Below are positions 37,927 through 47,407 of a stretch of 64,000 nucleotides of DNA, piece after piece (the first letter of the stretch is position 1; each line of letters starts with the position of its first letter). Where the stretch lies: positions 23,664-87,663 of the forward strand of contig CAXRIA010000002.1 in assembly GCA_964230805.1 (NCBI GenBank), written 5' to 3'. The notes under the pieces were generated by a model, which saw only the letters and a list, made by a program, of their open reading frames with translations, was not told where the DNA came from and ran no database searches. This DNA comes from Flavobacteriaceae bacterium. GTDB lineage: Bacteria; Bacteroidota; Bacteroidia; Flavobacteriales; Flavobacteriaceae. The position numbers were made by a program, and so were the translations under genes.

Positions 37927-38801
37927 TCGAAGCAAATCTTAGTAAAATACTGGAAACAAACAACCATCGATTAGAAATTGATTTGACCTTACAAATTCCT
38001 ACTGGATCTTTTTACAGTCTCTATGGCCCCTCAGGTGCTGGAAAAACATCTACGTTGCGATTGCTCGCAGGACTGTTACAACCTGATCATGGATTGATTC
38101 GTTTTCACGATGATGTTTGGTTTGATTCGAATAAAAAATATTCTAAAAATTCAGCGCACCGCAATATTGGTTACGTTTTTCAAGAAGGCGGCTTGTTTCC
38201 AAACATGACTGTTTTCGAGAACCTGGAATTTGCATTGACAAACAAAAAAGACAACAAACAACTTCATGAATTGATTGGCTTGATGAGGCTAGAGACACTC
38301 TGCGATCGAAAACCAAACACGCTTTCAGGCGGTCAAAAACAACGCGTAGCACTTGCTAGGGCATTGGTTCAAAAACCAAAACTACTCTTACTAGACGAGC
38401 CTCTAGCGGCCCTTGACAACGCCTCTAGAATGGAATTGCAAGACTGTCTCATACAAACACACAACACATTAAAAACGACCACACTTCTCGTTAGCCACAA
38501 CAAAGAAGAAATTTTGAAACTTTCAGACCATGTACTCGTCATGGATGACGGAAAAATAAGACGGCAAGGTTCTCCAGAAATAATTTTTAAAGAGAATACC
38601 CCTCAAAAAAACATGGAGCTTCAGGGGAAAATTTTAAAAATAGAGCCCAAAGGAACGCTCTTTCTTGTCACTGTTAATATTCAAGGAAACACCCTCGAAA
38701 TCTGTGCGCAAAAACATGAAATTGACACCCTAAAAGTAGGTGACGAAATTTTGATCGGCATCCAAGATTTCAATCCTTTTTTACGCTCCACGCCAAAATA
38801 A
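37923..38801 (+). CDS. modC: Molybdate ABC transporter ATP-binding protein with C-terminal TOBE-like domain
   Basis: GPSGAGKTS, LSGGQKQRVALARA, LLLDEP. The ATG at 37923 overlaps the modB stop (ATGA); the track start lies 30 codons upstream inside modB. Confidence 0.9.
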   Translation: MIEANLSKILETNNHRLEIDLTLQIPTGSFYSLYGPSGAGKTSTLRLLAGLLQPDHGLIRFHDDVWFDSNKKYSKNSAHRNIGYVFQEGGLFPNMTVFENLEFALTNKKDNKQLHELIGLMRLETLCDRKPNTLSGGQKQRVALARALVQKPKLLLLDEPLAALDNASRMELQDCLIQTHNTLKTTTLLVSHNKEEILKLSDHVLVMDDGKIRRQGSPEIIFKENTPQKNMELQGKILKIEPKGTLFLVTVNIQGNTLEICAQKHEIDTLKVGDEILIGIQDFNPFLRSTPK

Positions 38802-38941
38802 TAGACTTTTTTATAATGCTACCCGACAATGAATTCATTTTGAAGTCCTTATTTTAAAACATTTATTTTCGATTGAAAACCTCCTATTTACTCCATAAAA
38901 ACCCTTTATTGATTGCGGTGAAAACAATTCCACAGAATAAG

Positions 38942-38949
38942 TATCTTTG
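38942..38949 (+). promoter_or_regulatory. -7 box (TATCTTTG) for yggS
   Basis: Lies 18 nt upstream of the ATG at 38968. Confidence 0.4.
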
Positions 38950-38967
38950 TGGAAACAATTCATAAAA

Positions 38968-39606
38968 ATGTCGATCCAGATAAATTTAGAAAAAATTTCA
39001 AAAAACATTCCTGAAGAAGTCACTTTGGTTGCAGTATCAAAAACCAAACCGATAGAAAAGCTTCAAGAGGCCTATGAATCTGGTCAGCGTATTTTCGGCG
39101 AAAATAAGGTTCAAGAAATGGTTGAGAAGCATGCCGTACTCCCCAAAGATATCCAGTGGCATTTGATTGGACATTTGCAACGGAATAAAGTAAAATACAT
39201 TGCCCCATTTGTGCATCTGATCCATGGTATTGATCGTTTTGAAACCCTCGTCGAAATCAACAAACAAGCCTTGAAAAACAATCGGGTTATTGACTGCTTG
39301 TTACAAGCAAAAATTGCTACGGAAGAGAGCAAGTTTGGCATGTCTTTTTCTCAAATAAAAAAAATCTTAGCCTCCAAAGAATTAAAAGCACTTCAAAACA
39401 TTCAAGTGGTAGGTCTGATGGGTATGGCTAGTTTTACAGAAAACAAAGAGCAGATAAAGCAGGAGTTCAAATCATTAAAAACATTTTTTGACGATACCTC
39501 ACTAAAAATATTGTCTATGGGAATGAGTGGAGATTACCCGCTTGCTATTGAAAATGGCAGTACCATGGTTCGTGTAGGAAGTGCTATTTTTGGAGCTCGC
39601 AATTGA
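38968..39606 (+). CDS. yggS: YggS family pyridoxal-phosphate homeostasis protein
   Basis: PLP-lysine context LVAVSKTK; HLIGHLQRNK; MGMSGDY. A -7 box at 38942-38949 lies 18 nt upstream of the ATG at 38968. Confidence 0.92.
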   Translation: MSIQINLEKISKNIPEEVTLVAVSKTKPIEKLQEAYESGQRIFGENKVQEMVEKHAVLPKDIQWHLIGHLQRNKVKYIAPFVHLIHGIDRFETLVEINKQALKNNRVIDCLLQAKIATEESKFGMSFSQIKKILASKELKALQNIQVVGLMGMASFTENKEQIKQEFKSLKTFFDDTSLKILSMGMSGDYPLAIENGSTMVRVGSAIFGARN

Positions 39607-39613
39607 TAAAAAT

Positions 39614-40699
39614 ATGTACGCAGTTATTGACATAGAGACAACAGGAGGAAAATTTAATGAGGAAGGTATTACTGAGATTGCCATCTATAAATTTGACGGA
39701 CATACCATTGTTGACCAGTTTATCAGTTTGGTAAACCCGGAACGATCCATTCAACCCTATGTGATGAAGTTGACGGGAATTACAGAAAAAATGGTCAAAA
39801 CAGCACCGAAATTTTATGAAATTGCCAAACGCATCGTCGAAATCACAAAAAACTGTGTTTTTATCGCTCATAATACCTCATTTGATTACAGAATTTTAAG
39901 AACCGAATTTAGCCGTTTAGGATACGACTACCACAGAGAAACGCTTTGTACCGTAGAATTGAGCAAACAATTAATTCCCGACATGGCATCGTATAGTTTG
40001 GGAAAATTGTGCAAATCCTTGGGAATACCGATGAATTCAAGACACAGAGCAAGTGGTGATGCCCTAGCTACGGTCAAACTTTTTGAACTATTACTTCACA
40101 AGGACTTGAAAAAAGAAATCATCAAAAGCACTATCAAAATACTTGAAGACTCGAAAAAAGTCCTTTCTAACAAAGTGTTAAAATTTGTGGAAGCCTCCCC
40201 TACGAAAACGGGCGTGTTTTACATTCACAACAGCGATGGAAAAATCATTTACGTCGGTCGAAATAAAAACATCCAAAAAGGAATCAACCAGTTATTTTTA
40301 AGAAACTCAAAAACAATAAAATCATTATATCACGAATCTTTTTCAGTCAGTTATGAAGAAACGGGAAATGATTTGTTTGCCCAATTAAAATATGATTTGG
40401 CGTATCGAAAACACCGACCCAAATTTAATGGCTATCGTAAAAAAAAGACGGACACTGTGGTTTTCAACTCAGACAATATGATTGTCGTGAACAAAGGACG
40501 AAATTTAGGAGAAAAGGCAGTCTTGTTAATCGAAGAAAACCAGGTTTTAGGAATGGGATATTTGAACTTCGCACAACATCTTGAAAATATTGAAATTATC
40601 AAAAACGCGATCACACCCACAGAAAACAATTTGACAACCCGTTATGCCATAAAGAAACACTTAGAAAAAGGCCAGGCAGAACGTATTATACGATTTTAA
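39614..40699 (+). CDS. DnaQ-like 3'-5' exonuclease fused to a GIY-YIG nuclease domain
   Basis: Exo I is YAVIDIETTG, Exo II is HNTSFDYRIL, Exo III is HRASGDA. The C-terminal half carries GIY-YIG elements (GVFYIH...IIYVGR...EETGN). Start trimmed to the ATG at 39614. Confidence 0.85.
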   Translation: MYAVIDIETTGGKFNEEGITEIAIYKFDGHTIVDQFISLVNPERSIQPYVMKLTGITEKMVKTAPKFYEIAKRIVEITKNCVFIAHNTSFDYRILRTEFSRLGYDYHRETLCTVELSKQLIPDMASYSLGKLCKSLGIPMNSRHRASGDALATVKLFELLLHKDLKKEIIKSTIKILEDSKKVLSNKVLKFVEASPTKTGVFYIHNSDGKIIYVGRNKNIQKGINQLFLRNSKTIKSLYHESFSVSYEETGNDLFAQLKYDLAYRKHRPKFNGYRKKKTDTVVFNSDNMIVVNKGRNLGEKAVLLIEENQVLGMGYLNFAQHLENIEIIKNAITPTENNLTTRYAIKKHLEKGQAERIIRF

Positions 40700-40710
40700 A
40701 ATAGGCTAGA

Positions 40711-41529
40711 ATGAAAAACAAAACAACCACTTGGAAAGACAAACTTCACGAGGTTATCTATGAAGCAGACACTAGAGCAGGAAAGCTTTTTGACGTTTTG
40801 TTATTGATTGCTATTTTGGCAAGTATTGTACTTGTTATGCTGGAAAGTGTGCCCTCCATCAACGCAAAACACCATGTTTTTTTTAACAGTGCTGAGTGGG
40901 TCATCACACTGCTATTTACCGTTGAATATTTCCTCAGAATTGTATCGATTAAAAAGCCAAGAGAATATATTTTTAGCTATTATGGAATCATTGATTTTTT
41001 GGCCACCATCCCGAAATACCTCTCTTTATTCTTAGGAGGAACTCACGCGCTGCTTGTATTGAGAGCCCTTCGTTTGTTGCGCGTATTTAGAATTTTAAAA
41101 ATCACACGATACATCGGAGAATCCAATAAATTGGCAAAGGCATTGAAATCCAGTCGTCCTAAAATCGTTGTATTTTTGTTGGCCGTTATGGTCATTTCAA
41201 TCATTCTTGGAACTGTGATGTACTTGGTAGAGGCCAATGCCGATAGTGGATTTACAAGTATTCCTAGAAGTGTTTATTGGACAATTGTTACACTCACAAC
41301 GGTAGGCTATGGTGATATTACCCCCCTCACAACCCTCGGACAATTGATCGCTTCCATTGTAATGGTATTAGGTTACGGCATCATCGCTGTACCTACAGGA
41401 ATTGTTTCCGCTGAATACGCCAACCAAACAAAAAAAATTGCTACCAACACCACTGCCTGCAGAAATTGCAGTTTTGAAAATCATACCGATGACGCACAAT
41501 TTTGCAGTGCCTGTGGAGCAAAACTATAA
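40711..41529 (+). CDS. Voltage-gated-type K+ channel (6TM) with C-terminal zinc ribbon
   Basis: S4-like helix LRALRLLRVFRILKITRYI and selectivity filter TTVGYGD. C-terminal CRNC-x12-CSAC. Confidence 0.88.
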   Translation: MKNKTTTWKDKLHEVIYEADTRAGKLFDVLLLIAILASIVLVMLESVPSINAKHHVFFNSAEWVITLLFTVEYFLRIVSIKKPREYIFSYYGIIDFLATIPKYLSLFLGGTHALLVLRALRLLRVFRILKITRYIGESNKLAKALKSSRPKIVVFLLAVMVISIILGTVMYLVEANADSGFTSIPRSVYWTIVTLTTVGYGDITPLTTLGQLIASIVMVLGYGIIAVPTGIVSAEYANQTKKIATNTTACRNCSFENHTDDAQFCSACGAKL

Positions 41530-41679
41530 ACACAAAGCACATTTGTTTTAAGGTTTCGCGCTGCTGTTTCCGCTTATTCGGCACCATCCATTTCTTAATT
41601 GCCGCTATGTGAGGGCATTCCCTTTTGTAAAATCCAGGAAAAAATTGAAGTTCGTGCCTAAAATGACGCAAATCAAAAC

Positions 41680-41687
41680 TATCTTTG
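41680..41687 (+). promoter_or_regulatory. -7 box (TATCTTTG) for rdgB
   Basis: Lies 19 nt upstream of the ATG at 41707. Confidence 0.4.
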
Positions 41688-41706
41688 TAACTCAACACCT
41701 ACTTAC

Positions 41707-42294
41707 ATGAAAATAGTTTTTGCGACACACAACCATAACAAATTAAAAGAAGTAGCTGCCTTGCTGCCCTCCGTTGAGTTGATTAGCTTGGATGCTATAG
41801 AATGTTTTGAAGACATTCCTGAAACAGCAAAAACATTGCACGGAAATGCTCAAATTAAAGCAGACTATATCACGAAAAAATACGGATACAACTGCTTTGC
41901 AGATGATACTGGATTGGAGGTAGCAGCCTTAAATGGAGCTCCAGGCGTATATTCTGCTCGGTATGCAGGTGAAGAATGCGACTCGCAAAAAAACATGGAA
42001 AAATTACTTGACAATATGAGTCATAAAACCGAAAGAAGTGCACAATTTCAAACAGTTATTTGTTTGAATATCAATGGACAACAATTTTTTTTCGAGGGAA
42101 TCTGTAAAGGAGAAATATTAAATGCCCCAACCGGTGAACAGGGTTTTGGCTACGACCCCATTTTTAAACCTGAAGGCTTTGATCAATCCTTTGCAGAGAT
42201 GTCGATGAATGAAAAAAGTACAATCAGTCATCGCGGAAGAGCCATTCAAAAATTGATTACTTTTTTAAACGAAAACGAATTTGAACGCATCTAA
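41707..42294 (+). CDS. rdgB: Non-canonical purine NTP pyrophosphatase RdgB/HAM1
   Basis: KIVFATHNHNKLKE, DDTGLEVAALNGAPGVYSAR, FGYDPIF, SHRG. Confidence 0.93.
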   Translation: MKIVFATHNHNKLKEVAALLPSVELISLDAIECFEDIPETAKTLHGNAQIKADYITKKYGYNCFADDTGLEVAALNGAPGVYSARYAGEECDSQKNMEKLLDNMSHKTERSAQFQTVICLNINGQQFFFEGICKGEILNAPTGEQGFGYDPIFKPEGFDQSFAEMSMNEKSTISHRGRAIQKLITFLNENEFERI

Positions 42295-43306
42295 AACATA
42301 TCTAGGCACTTTTGGATTCTTGCTATTTCTCTTTTCTGTAGCTTTTTTCACAAATCTTAGTTTGGGCTCTGTTTCTATTCCGATAAAAGACATTTTCAAT
42401 ATTTTGTTTTTTGAAAATGCTCGAGAAGAAAGTTGGCATTATATTGTTTTAAACTACAGACTTCCGAAAGCTTTTACCGCACTCTTGGTTGGGAGTGGTC
42501 TCGGTGTCAGCGGTTTGCTTATGCAAACCTTTTTTAGAAACCCCTTAGCAGGGCCATTTGTGCTGGGAATCAGTGCTGGAGCGAGCTTAGGTGTTGCCTC
42601 ACTGATCCTAGGAACCTCCTTCCTTGGCGTTGTATTAGGAGGATTTACCATCACGAATTGGAGTCTTATTGTCGCTTCGAGCACAGGATCATTTCTCGTA
42701 TTGTTTGCCGTTCTTATCGCGATTAAAAAAATCAAAAACACTATGTCGATATTAATCATCGGTTTGATGTTTGGAAGTATCAGCGCTGCCATTATCAATG
42801 TTCTAAGCTATTTTAGTGCTGCCGAAAAACTGCAACAATTTATTTTTTGGAGTTTTGGCAGTCTTGGGAATTTAAACTGGGCAGAGGTAAGTGTTTTTGG
42901 AGGCATTGTTGTTTTTTGTTTTCTGATACTTTTAAAAACGATCAAACCCCTAAACAGTTTGCTTTTGGGAGAGAATTATGCGATTAGCATGGGCGTAAAC
43001 ATCAAACAAACACGCTACCTAGTGCTTGTATGCACAAGTTTACTCACAGGGGTTATCACGGCATTTGCAGGGCCAATTGCTTTTGTGGGTCTCGCTGTAC
43101 CGCACCTATCAAAATTATTATTTACGACTTCAAACCATCGAATTTTGTTACCCGCAGTAACTATTGTTGGCGCCACATTGCTGCTATTGTGTGACACAGT
43201 TGCCCAATTACCCGGCAGCGAATACAGTCTGCCAATCAATGCCATTACCTCTATTTTTGGTGCCCCTATTGTCATTTGGTTATTAATCAGAAAAAAAACA
43301 GCGTAA
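42281..43306 (+). CDS. FecCD-family iron-siderophore/cobalamin ABC permease
   Basis: About 9-10 TM helices with typical FecCD blocks (GPIAFVGLAVPH, GAPIVIWLL). The only plausible start before TM1 is TTG at 42281, which overlaps the rdgB 3' end by 14 nt. Confidence 0.85.
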   Translation: MNASKTYLGTFGFLLFLFSVAFFTNLSLGSVSIPIKDIFNILFFENAREESWHYIVLNYRLPKAFTALLVGSGLGVSGLLMQTFFRNPLAGPFVLGISAGASLGVASLILGTSFLGVVLGGFTITNWSLIVASSTGSFLVLFAVLIAIKKIKNTMSILIIGLMFGSISAAIINVLSYFSAAEKLQQFIFWSFGSLGNLNWAEVSVFGGIVVFCFLILLKTIKPLNSLLLGENYAISMGVNIKQTRYLVLVCTSLLTGVITAFAGPIAFVGLAVPHLSKLLFTTSNHRILLPAVTIVGATLLLLCDTVAQLPGSEYSLPINAITSIFGAPIVIWLLIRKKTA

Positions 43307-43311
43307 GGCCT

Positions 43312-44103
43312 ATGGGTGCTAAAAAACAAATCGTTTTAGAAACTAAAAATTTAGACATTGGATATTGCACCAAGAACGGCTTGCATTATCTGGCTAAAAA
43401 CTTAAATATTGTTGCTGAAAACAAAAAGCTTATTTGTCTTCTTGGAAAAAATGGCGTCGGAAAATCAACTTTACTGAAAACCATTTCAAAAACGCTACAC
43501 CCCTTAGGAGGCGATGTCTTTGTCGATTCTATCAATCTAAAAAAGGCAGCTTCCGGATACCTAGCAAAAAAAATGGGGCTGGTATTGACAGAAAAAATTC
43601 CCGAAGGACAATTGACTGTTTTTGAATTGGTCGCTTTGGGAAGACAACCCTATACCAATTGGCTGGGACGACTAAGCCACCACGATATACAAAGTGTAAA
43701 TAAAGCCATGGAACGGGTGCATATTTCGAACATTCGTGATAAAAAATACGACGAATTAAGTGATGGACAGCTCCAAAAAGTGATGATCGCAAGGGCACTA
43801 GCGCAAGACACCGAAATTATTATTTTGGATGAACCCACGGCCCATCTGGACATACATCACACCATAGAAGTATTTAAGTTGTTGCAAACACTTGTGCAAA
43901 ACACAAACAAAACCATCATCATATCCACACATGAAATAAACCTCGCTTTAAAATTAGCCGATGAATTTTGGTTGCTCACAGAGCATGAGTTTATTTCTGG
44001 AAACTTGAATCAACTCATTGAAAAAAATGCCTTTGAAAAATTGTTTCCCAAAAAACAAATTCTATTTGACGCCAACACGAAACAATTTCACATTCAAACT
44101 TGA
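43312..44103 (+). CDS. ABC transporter ATP-binding protein, FecE/BtuD-like
   Basis: GKNGVGKST, LSDGQLQKVMIARA, IILDEPTAHLD. Start trimmed to the ATG at 43312. Confidence 0.88.
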   Translation: MGAKKQIVLETKNLDIGYCTKNGLHYLAKNLNIVAENKKLICLLGKNGVGKSTLLKTISKTLHPLGGDVFVDSINLKKAASGYLAKKMGLVLTEKIPEGQLTVFELVALGRQPYTNWLGRLSHHDIQSVNKAMERVHISNIRDKKYDELSDGQLQKVMIARALAQDTEIIILDEPTAHLDIHHTIEVFKLLQTLVQNTNKTIIISTHEINLALKLADEFWLLTEHEFISGNLNQLIEKNAFEKLFPKKQILFDANTKQFHIQT

Positions 44104-44145
44104 AAATTATTTTGAACGCAGTCCATATTTTAATGTCCAATATTT

Positions 44146-45150
44146 ATGAAACAGCTTCTTCCATCCGTATTCTTCATCGCTCAGTTGTTTTGTTTGAGTG
44201 CTTTCCAACCACCGGAATACCCGATACTCAAAAATGCGAAACCATTTGCCCAATCCATTACTCTTACCGAACTAAAAACAAATTTATTTCACTTTTCTTC
44301 TGATTCCTTTGAGGGTCGATACACAGGGGAATTAGGTCAAAAAAAAGCTGCGGAATTTATAAAAGAGTCCCATAAAAAAAATCGTGTTTTGTCTCCTTTT
44401 GGTCAAGACCATTATTTTCAAGCCATTCCTAGTTCCTTTTTACCAGAAAATACCAGCACTTCTGAAAATGTACTGGCTTTTGTAAAAGGAACTGAAAAAC
44501 CGAACGAAATAGTGGTAATTTCCGCTCATTACGATCACTTAGGAAAAATCGGCAACAAAATTTTTAATGGCGCCGATGACAACGGTACCGGCACTGTGGC
44601 CTTGCTAGAAATTGCAGAAGCTTTTCAATTGGCCAAAGAAAAAGGGTTTGGACCGAAAAGATCCCTTCTATTTTTGCATCTGACAGCTGAAGAACAAGGC
44701 TTATACGGCTCAAAATGGTATGTAAACAATCCGGTTTGGCCTTTAAGAAATCATATTGTCAATCTCAATATTGATATGATTGGACGTGTGGACAAAAAAC
44801 ACCTTCACAATCCCAATTACGTTTATTTAATCGGTTCAGACAGGTTGAGCTCTGAACTGCATACGCTCTCGGAGGAAACCAACAACGCTTCACTAAATTT
44901 AGAACTAGATTACACGTACAACCGCAAAAAAGATCCCAATCGCTTTTACTACAGATCTGATCATTACAATTTTGCCAAAAACAACATTCCTGTCATATTC
45001 TACTTCAACGGCATACATGATGACTACCACCGCGATTCCGATACACCCGAAAAAATCAATTACGAACTGCTACAGAAACGAATACAGCTTATTTTTTATA
45101 CCGCTTGGAACATTGCCAACCGCGAAAAGAAATTGACCCTCAACAACTAA
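44146..45150 (+). CDS. M28 family aminopeptidase, exported
   Basis: Signal peptide, then AHYDHLG, GADDNGTG, EEQGLYGS and HDDYHR metal-ligand blocks. Confidence 0.88.
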   Translation: MKQLLPSVFFIAQLFCLSAFQPPEYPILKNAKPFAQSITLTELKTNLFHFSSDSFEGRYTGELGQKKAAEFIKESHKKNRVLSPFGQDHYFQAIPSSFLPENTSTSENVLAFVKGTEKPNEIVVISAHYDHLGKIGNKIFNGADDNGTGTVALLEIAEAFQLAKEKGFGPKRSLLFLHLTAEEQGLYGSKWYVNNPVWPLRNHIVNLNIDMIGRVDKKHLHNPNYVYLIGSDRLSSELHTLSEETNNASLNLELDYTYNRKKDPNRFYYRSDHYNFAKNNIPVIFYFNGIHDDYHRDSDTPEKINYELLQKRIQLIFYTAWNIANREKKLTLNN

Positions 45151-45157
45151 ATTCTGC

Positions 45158-46195
45158 TTACACTTGATCCAAAATAAGCTGATCAAACAAAGCCCCCTTC
45201 TCAATAAAACGCGTTTGAATTGCCCAATAATACAAAGGAAGTTCAAATTGTTCAAGGCGCACAAAGTCTTTTTCAGTGGTCAACAAAATCTTTTTATCCC
45301 CTGATAAATTCTGATATTCTTTTTGAATAACCTCAATATCTTTCTTTTCAAAATTGTAATGATCTGGAAATTTCAAATGTTTGAATTGCAAATCACATGC
45401 TTCCATTTTTTGCAACAAGGGTGTTGGGTTTGCAATTCCAGTCACGAGCAGAATCTCATAGTCTGAGAGTTCCGAAACAACTATTTTGTCAGTCTTTGAA
45501 ACAAGGCAATCAGCGTAGGAAATGGTGCTAAAAAAAACCGTTTGATCACTCCTTGGCGAAATTTTTTGCACTATTTTTTTTCGTGTCTCCTCCGATATAC
45601 TTGATGGGCATTTTGTCACCACAATGACACCTGCCCTATCCGCTCCGGACTTTGGCTCTCGCAGTGTTCCAAGTGGAAGCATGGCATCCTCGACATACAA
45701 ATCGTCATAGGCTGTTAATAAAATAGACAGTTTTGCTGTCACATAACGATGCTGATAGGCATCATCTAACAAAACAACTTCCAAACCCGGTACTTCATTC
45801 GACAATCGTTTGATACCGTTTACACGATTTGCATCAACCGCAACGGAAATTTCAGGATGATTTTTATAAAACTGAAAAGGTTCGTCTCCAATAGCTTCTA
45901 CTTTTACATTGGGTAAGGCACGTAAAAACCCCTTGGTTTTTCGTTTGTACCCCCGACTCAAAGTAGCCACTTTTCTTTTCTCTTTCAAAAGACGGATCAA
46001 ATAGTCTATTTGTGGAGACTTTCCTGTTCCACCCACACTCAAATTCCCAACCACAATCACTGGTATCTGAAAAGCAGTCGTTTTTAGAACCCCTATATCA
46101 AACAACAAATTTCGGAGTGAAACGATTCCCCAATACAACAATGAAAAAGGAGCCAATACCAAGCGTCCATAGGTCAATAGAGATGTTTTTTTCAT
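45158..46195 (-). CDS. lpxK: Tetraacyldisaccharide 4'-kinase
   Basis: P-loop VGNLSVGGTGKSP; LSRGYKRK. Confidence 0.93.
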   Translation of the reverse strand: MKKTSLLTYGRLVLAPFSLLYWGIVSLRNLLFDIGVLKTTAFQIPVIVVGNLSVGGTGKSPQIDYLIRLLKEKRKVATLSRGYKRKTKGFLRALPNVKVEAIGDEPFQFYKNHPEISVAVDANRVNGIKRLSNEVPGLEVVLLDDAYQHRYVTAKLSILLTAYDDLYVEDAMLPLGTLREPKSGADRAGVIVVTKCPSSISEETRKKIVQKISPRSDQTVFFSTISYADCLVSKTDKIVVSELSDYEILLVTGIANPTPLLQKMEACDLQFKHLKFPDHYNFEKKDIEVIQKEYQNLSGDKKILLTTEKDFVRLEQFELPLYYWAIQTRFIEKGALFDQLILDQV

Positions 46196-46281
46196 GGGAA
46201 TTGAATTTCAGTAAATATAAACAACTTGGCAAACTTACAGAAATTGACAATGCAACTCGAAGGTATTCAAGTATATTTTTA

Positions 46282-46289
46282 TAAATTTG
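46282..46289 (+). promoter_or_regulatory. -7 box (TAAATTTG) for the NIF3-COG1579 pair
   Basis: Lies 18 nt upstream of the ATG at 46308. Confidence 0.4.
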
Positions 46290-46307
46290 AAGTTACAGAA
46301 GTAGACC

Positions 46308-47405
46308 ATGACAAAAATAAAAGATATTACCCAAAGCATTGAGGAATGGGCTCCGCTCTCATATGCCGAAAGTTTTGACAATGTTGGCCTGTTAGTCGGA
46401 AACGAAGAGGAAGAAGTAACAGGCGTACTTGTGACACTCGATACATTGGAAACCACATTAGAAGAAGCGATTGCAAAAAAGTGCAATCTCATTGTAAGCT
46501 TTCACCCCATTATTTTTTCTGGATTAAAAAAATTAAATGGAAGCAACTATGTGGAACGTGTCGTCATTAAAGCCATTCAAAACAACATTGCCATATATGC
46601 CATTCATACGGCATTGGACAATTGCTTTACCGGAGTAAACGCAAAAATTTGTGATGTTCTCGGCATACAAAACAAACAAATTCTCATTCCACAAAAAAAC
46701 AATATTAAAAAATTACTGACCTATATCCCTGTTGAAAATGCCAACCGATTGCGAAAGGCGCTTTTTGCACAAGGTGCAGGAAACATCGGGAATTATGATA
46801 GTTGTAGTTTTAATGTGGAGGGATTTGGCACCTATCGAGGGAAGGAACATTCCAACCCCACGATTGGCAAAAAAGGAGAGTTGCAAACGGAAAAGGAAAT
46901 CATCATCGGAATCATTTTTGAGAAACACCTTGAAAAAAAGATTCTCAAAGCCTTGTTTGAGAACCATCCTTACGAAGAAGTAGCCTACGAAATTACCACT
47001 TTAGAAAACACCCACCAACAGATTGGTATGGGCATGATCGGCGAATTTGAAAATGAAATGTCTGAGATTCAATTTTTGACGCATGTAAAAACAAAGATGA
47101 AAACTGCTTGTATTCGGCATTCCAAACCAATGGGCAAAGCTATTAAAAAAGTTGCTGTTTTAGGAGGTGCTGGAAGCTTTGCTCTAGAACACGCAAAAAA
47201 ACAAGGAGCCGACGCCTATATCTCGGCAGATTTCAAATATCATGAATTTTACAAGTCTGAAAATGAGATTCTTATTACAGATGTTGGTCATTATGAAAGT
47301 GAGCAATTCACAAAAAACCTCTTAGTTGACTATCTTACAAAAAAATTCACTAATTTTGCCATCATTTTATCAGATAAAAATACAAATCCTATTTACTACA
47401 CATAG
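46308..47405 (+). CDS. NIF3-like dinuclear-metal-centre protein (YqfO/YbgI family, long form)
   Basis: NIF3 blocks (DNVGLLVG, SFHPIIF, AIHTALD, DVGHYESE) with an inserted middle domain. Confidence 0.88.
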   Translation: MTKIKDITQSIEEWAPLSYAESFDNVGLLVGNEEEEVTGVLVTLDTLETTLEEAIAKKCNLIVSFHPIIFSGLKKLNGSNYVERVVIKAIQNNIAIYAIHTALDNCFTGVNAKICDVLGIQNKQILIPQKNNIKKLLTYIPVENANRLRKALFAQGAGNIGNYDSCSFNVEGFGTYRGKEHSNPTIGKKGELQTEKEIIIGIIFEKHLEKKILKALFENHPYEEVAYEITTLENTHQQIGMGMIGEFENEMSEIQFLTHVKTKMKTACIRHSKPMGKAIKKVAVLGGAGSFALEHAKKQGADAYISADFKYHEFYKSENEILITDVGHYESEQFTKNLLVDYLTKKFTNFAIILSDKNTNPIYYT

Positions 47406-47407
47406 AC

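Noticed and set aside
41441-41698. 85-aa minus-strand ORF spanning the K+ channel 3' end and the 177-nt spacer before rdgB.
   Set aside because: It overlaps the channel's zinc-ribbon coding region antisense. Its translation is Cys/His/Arg/Phe-rich without motifs, and I found no promoter box for it.
41663-41710. 15-codon upstream ORF (MTQIKTIFVTQHLLT) whose TGA overlaps the rdgB ATG.
   Set aside because: The rdgB -7 box (41680-41687) lies inside it, so transcripts probably start downstream of its ATG. The ORF is very short and its composition is uninformative.
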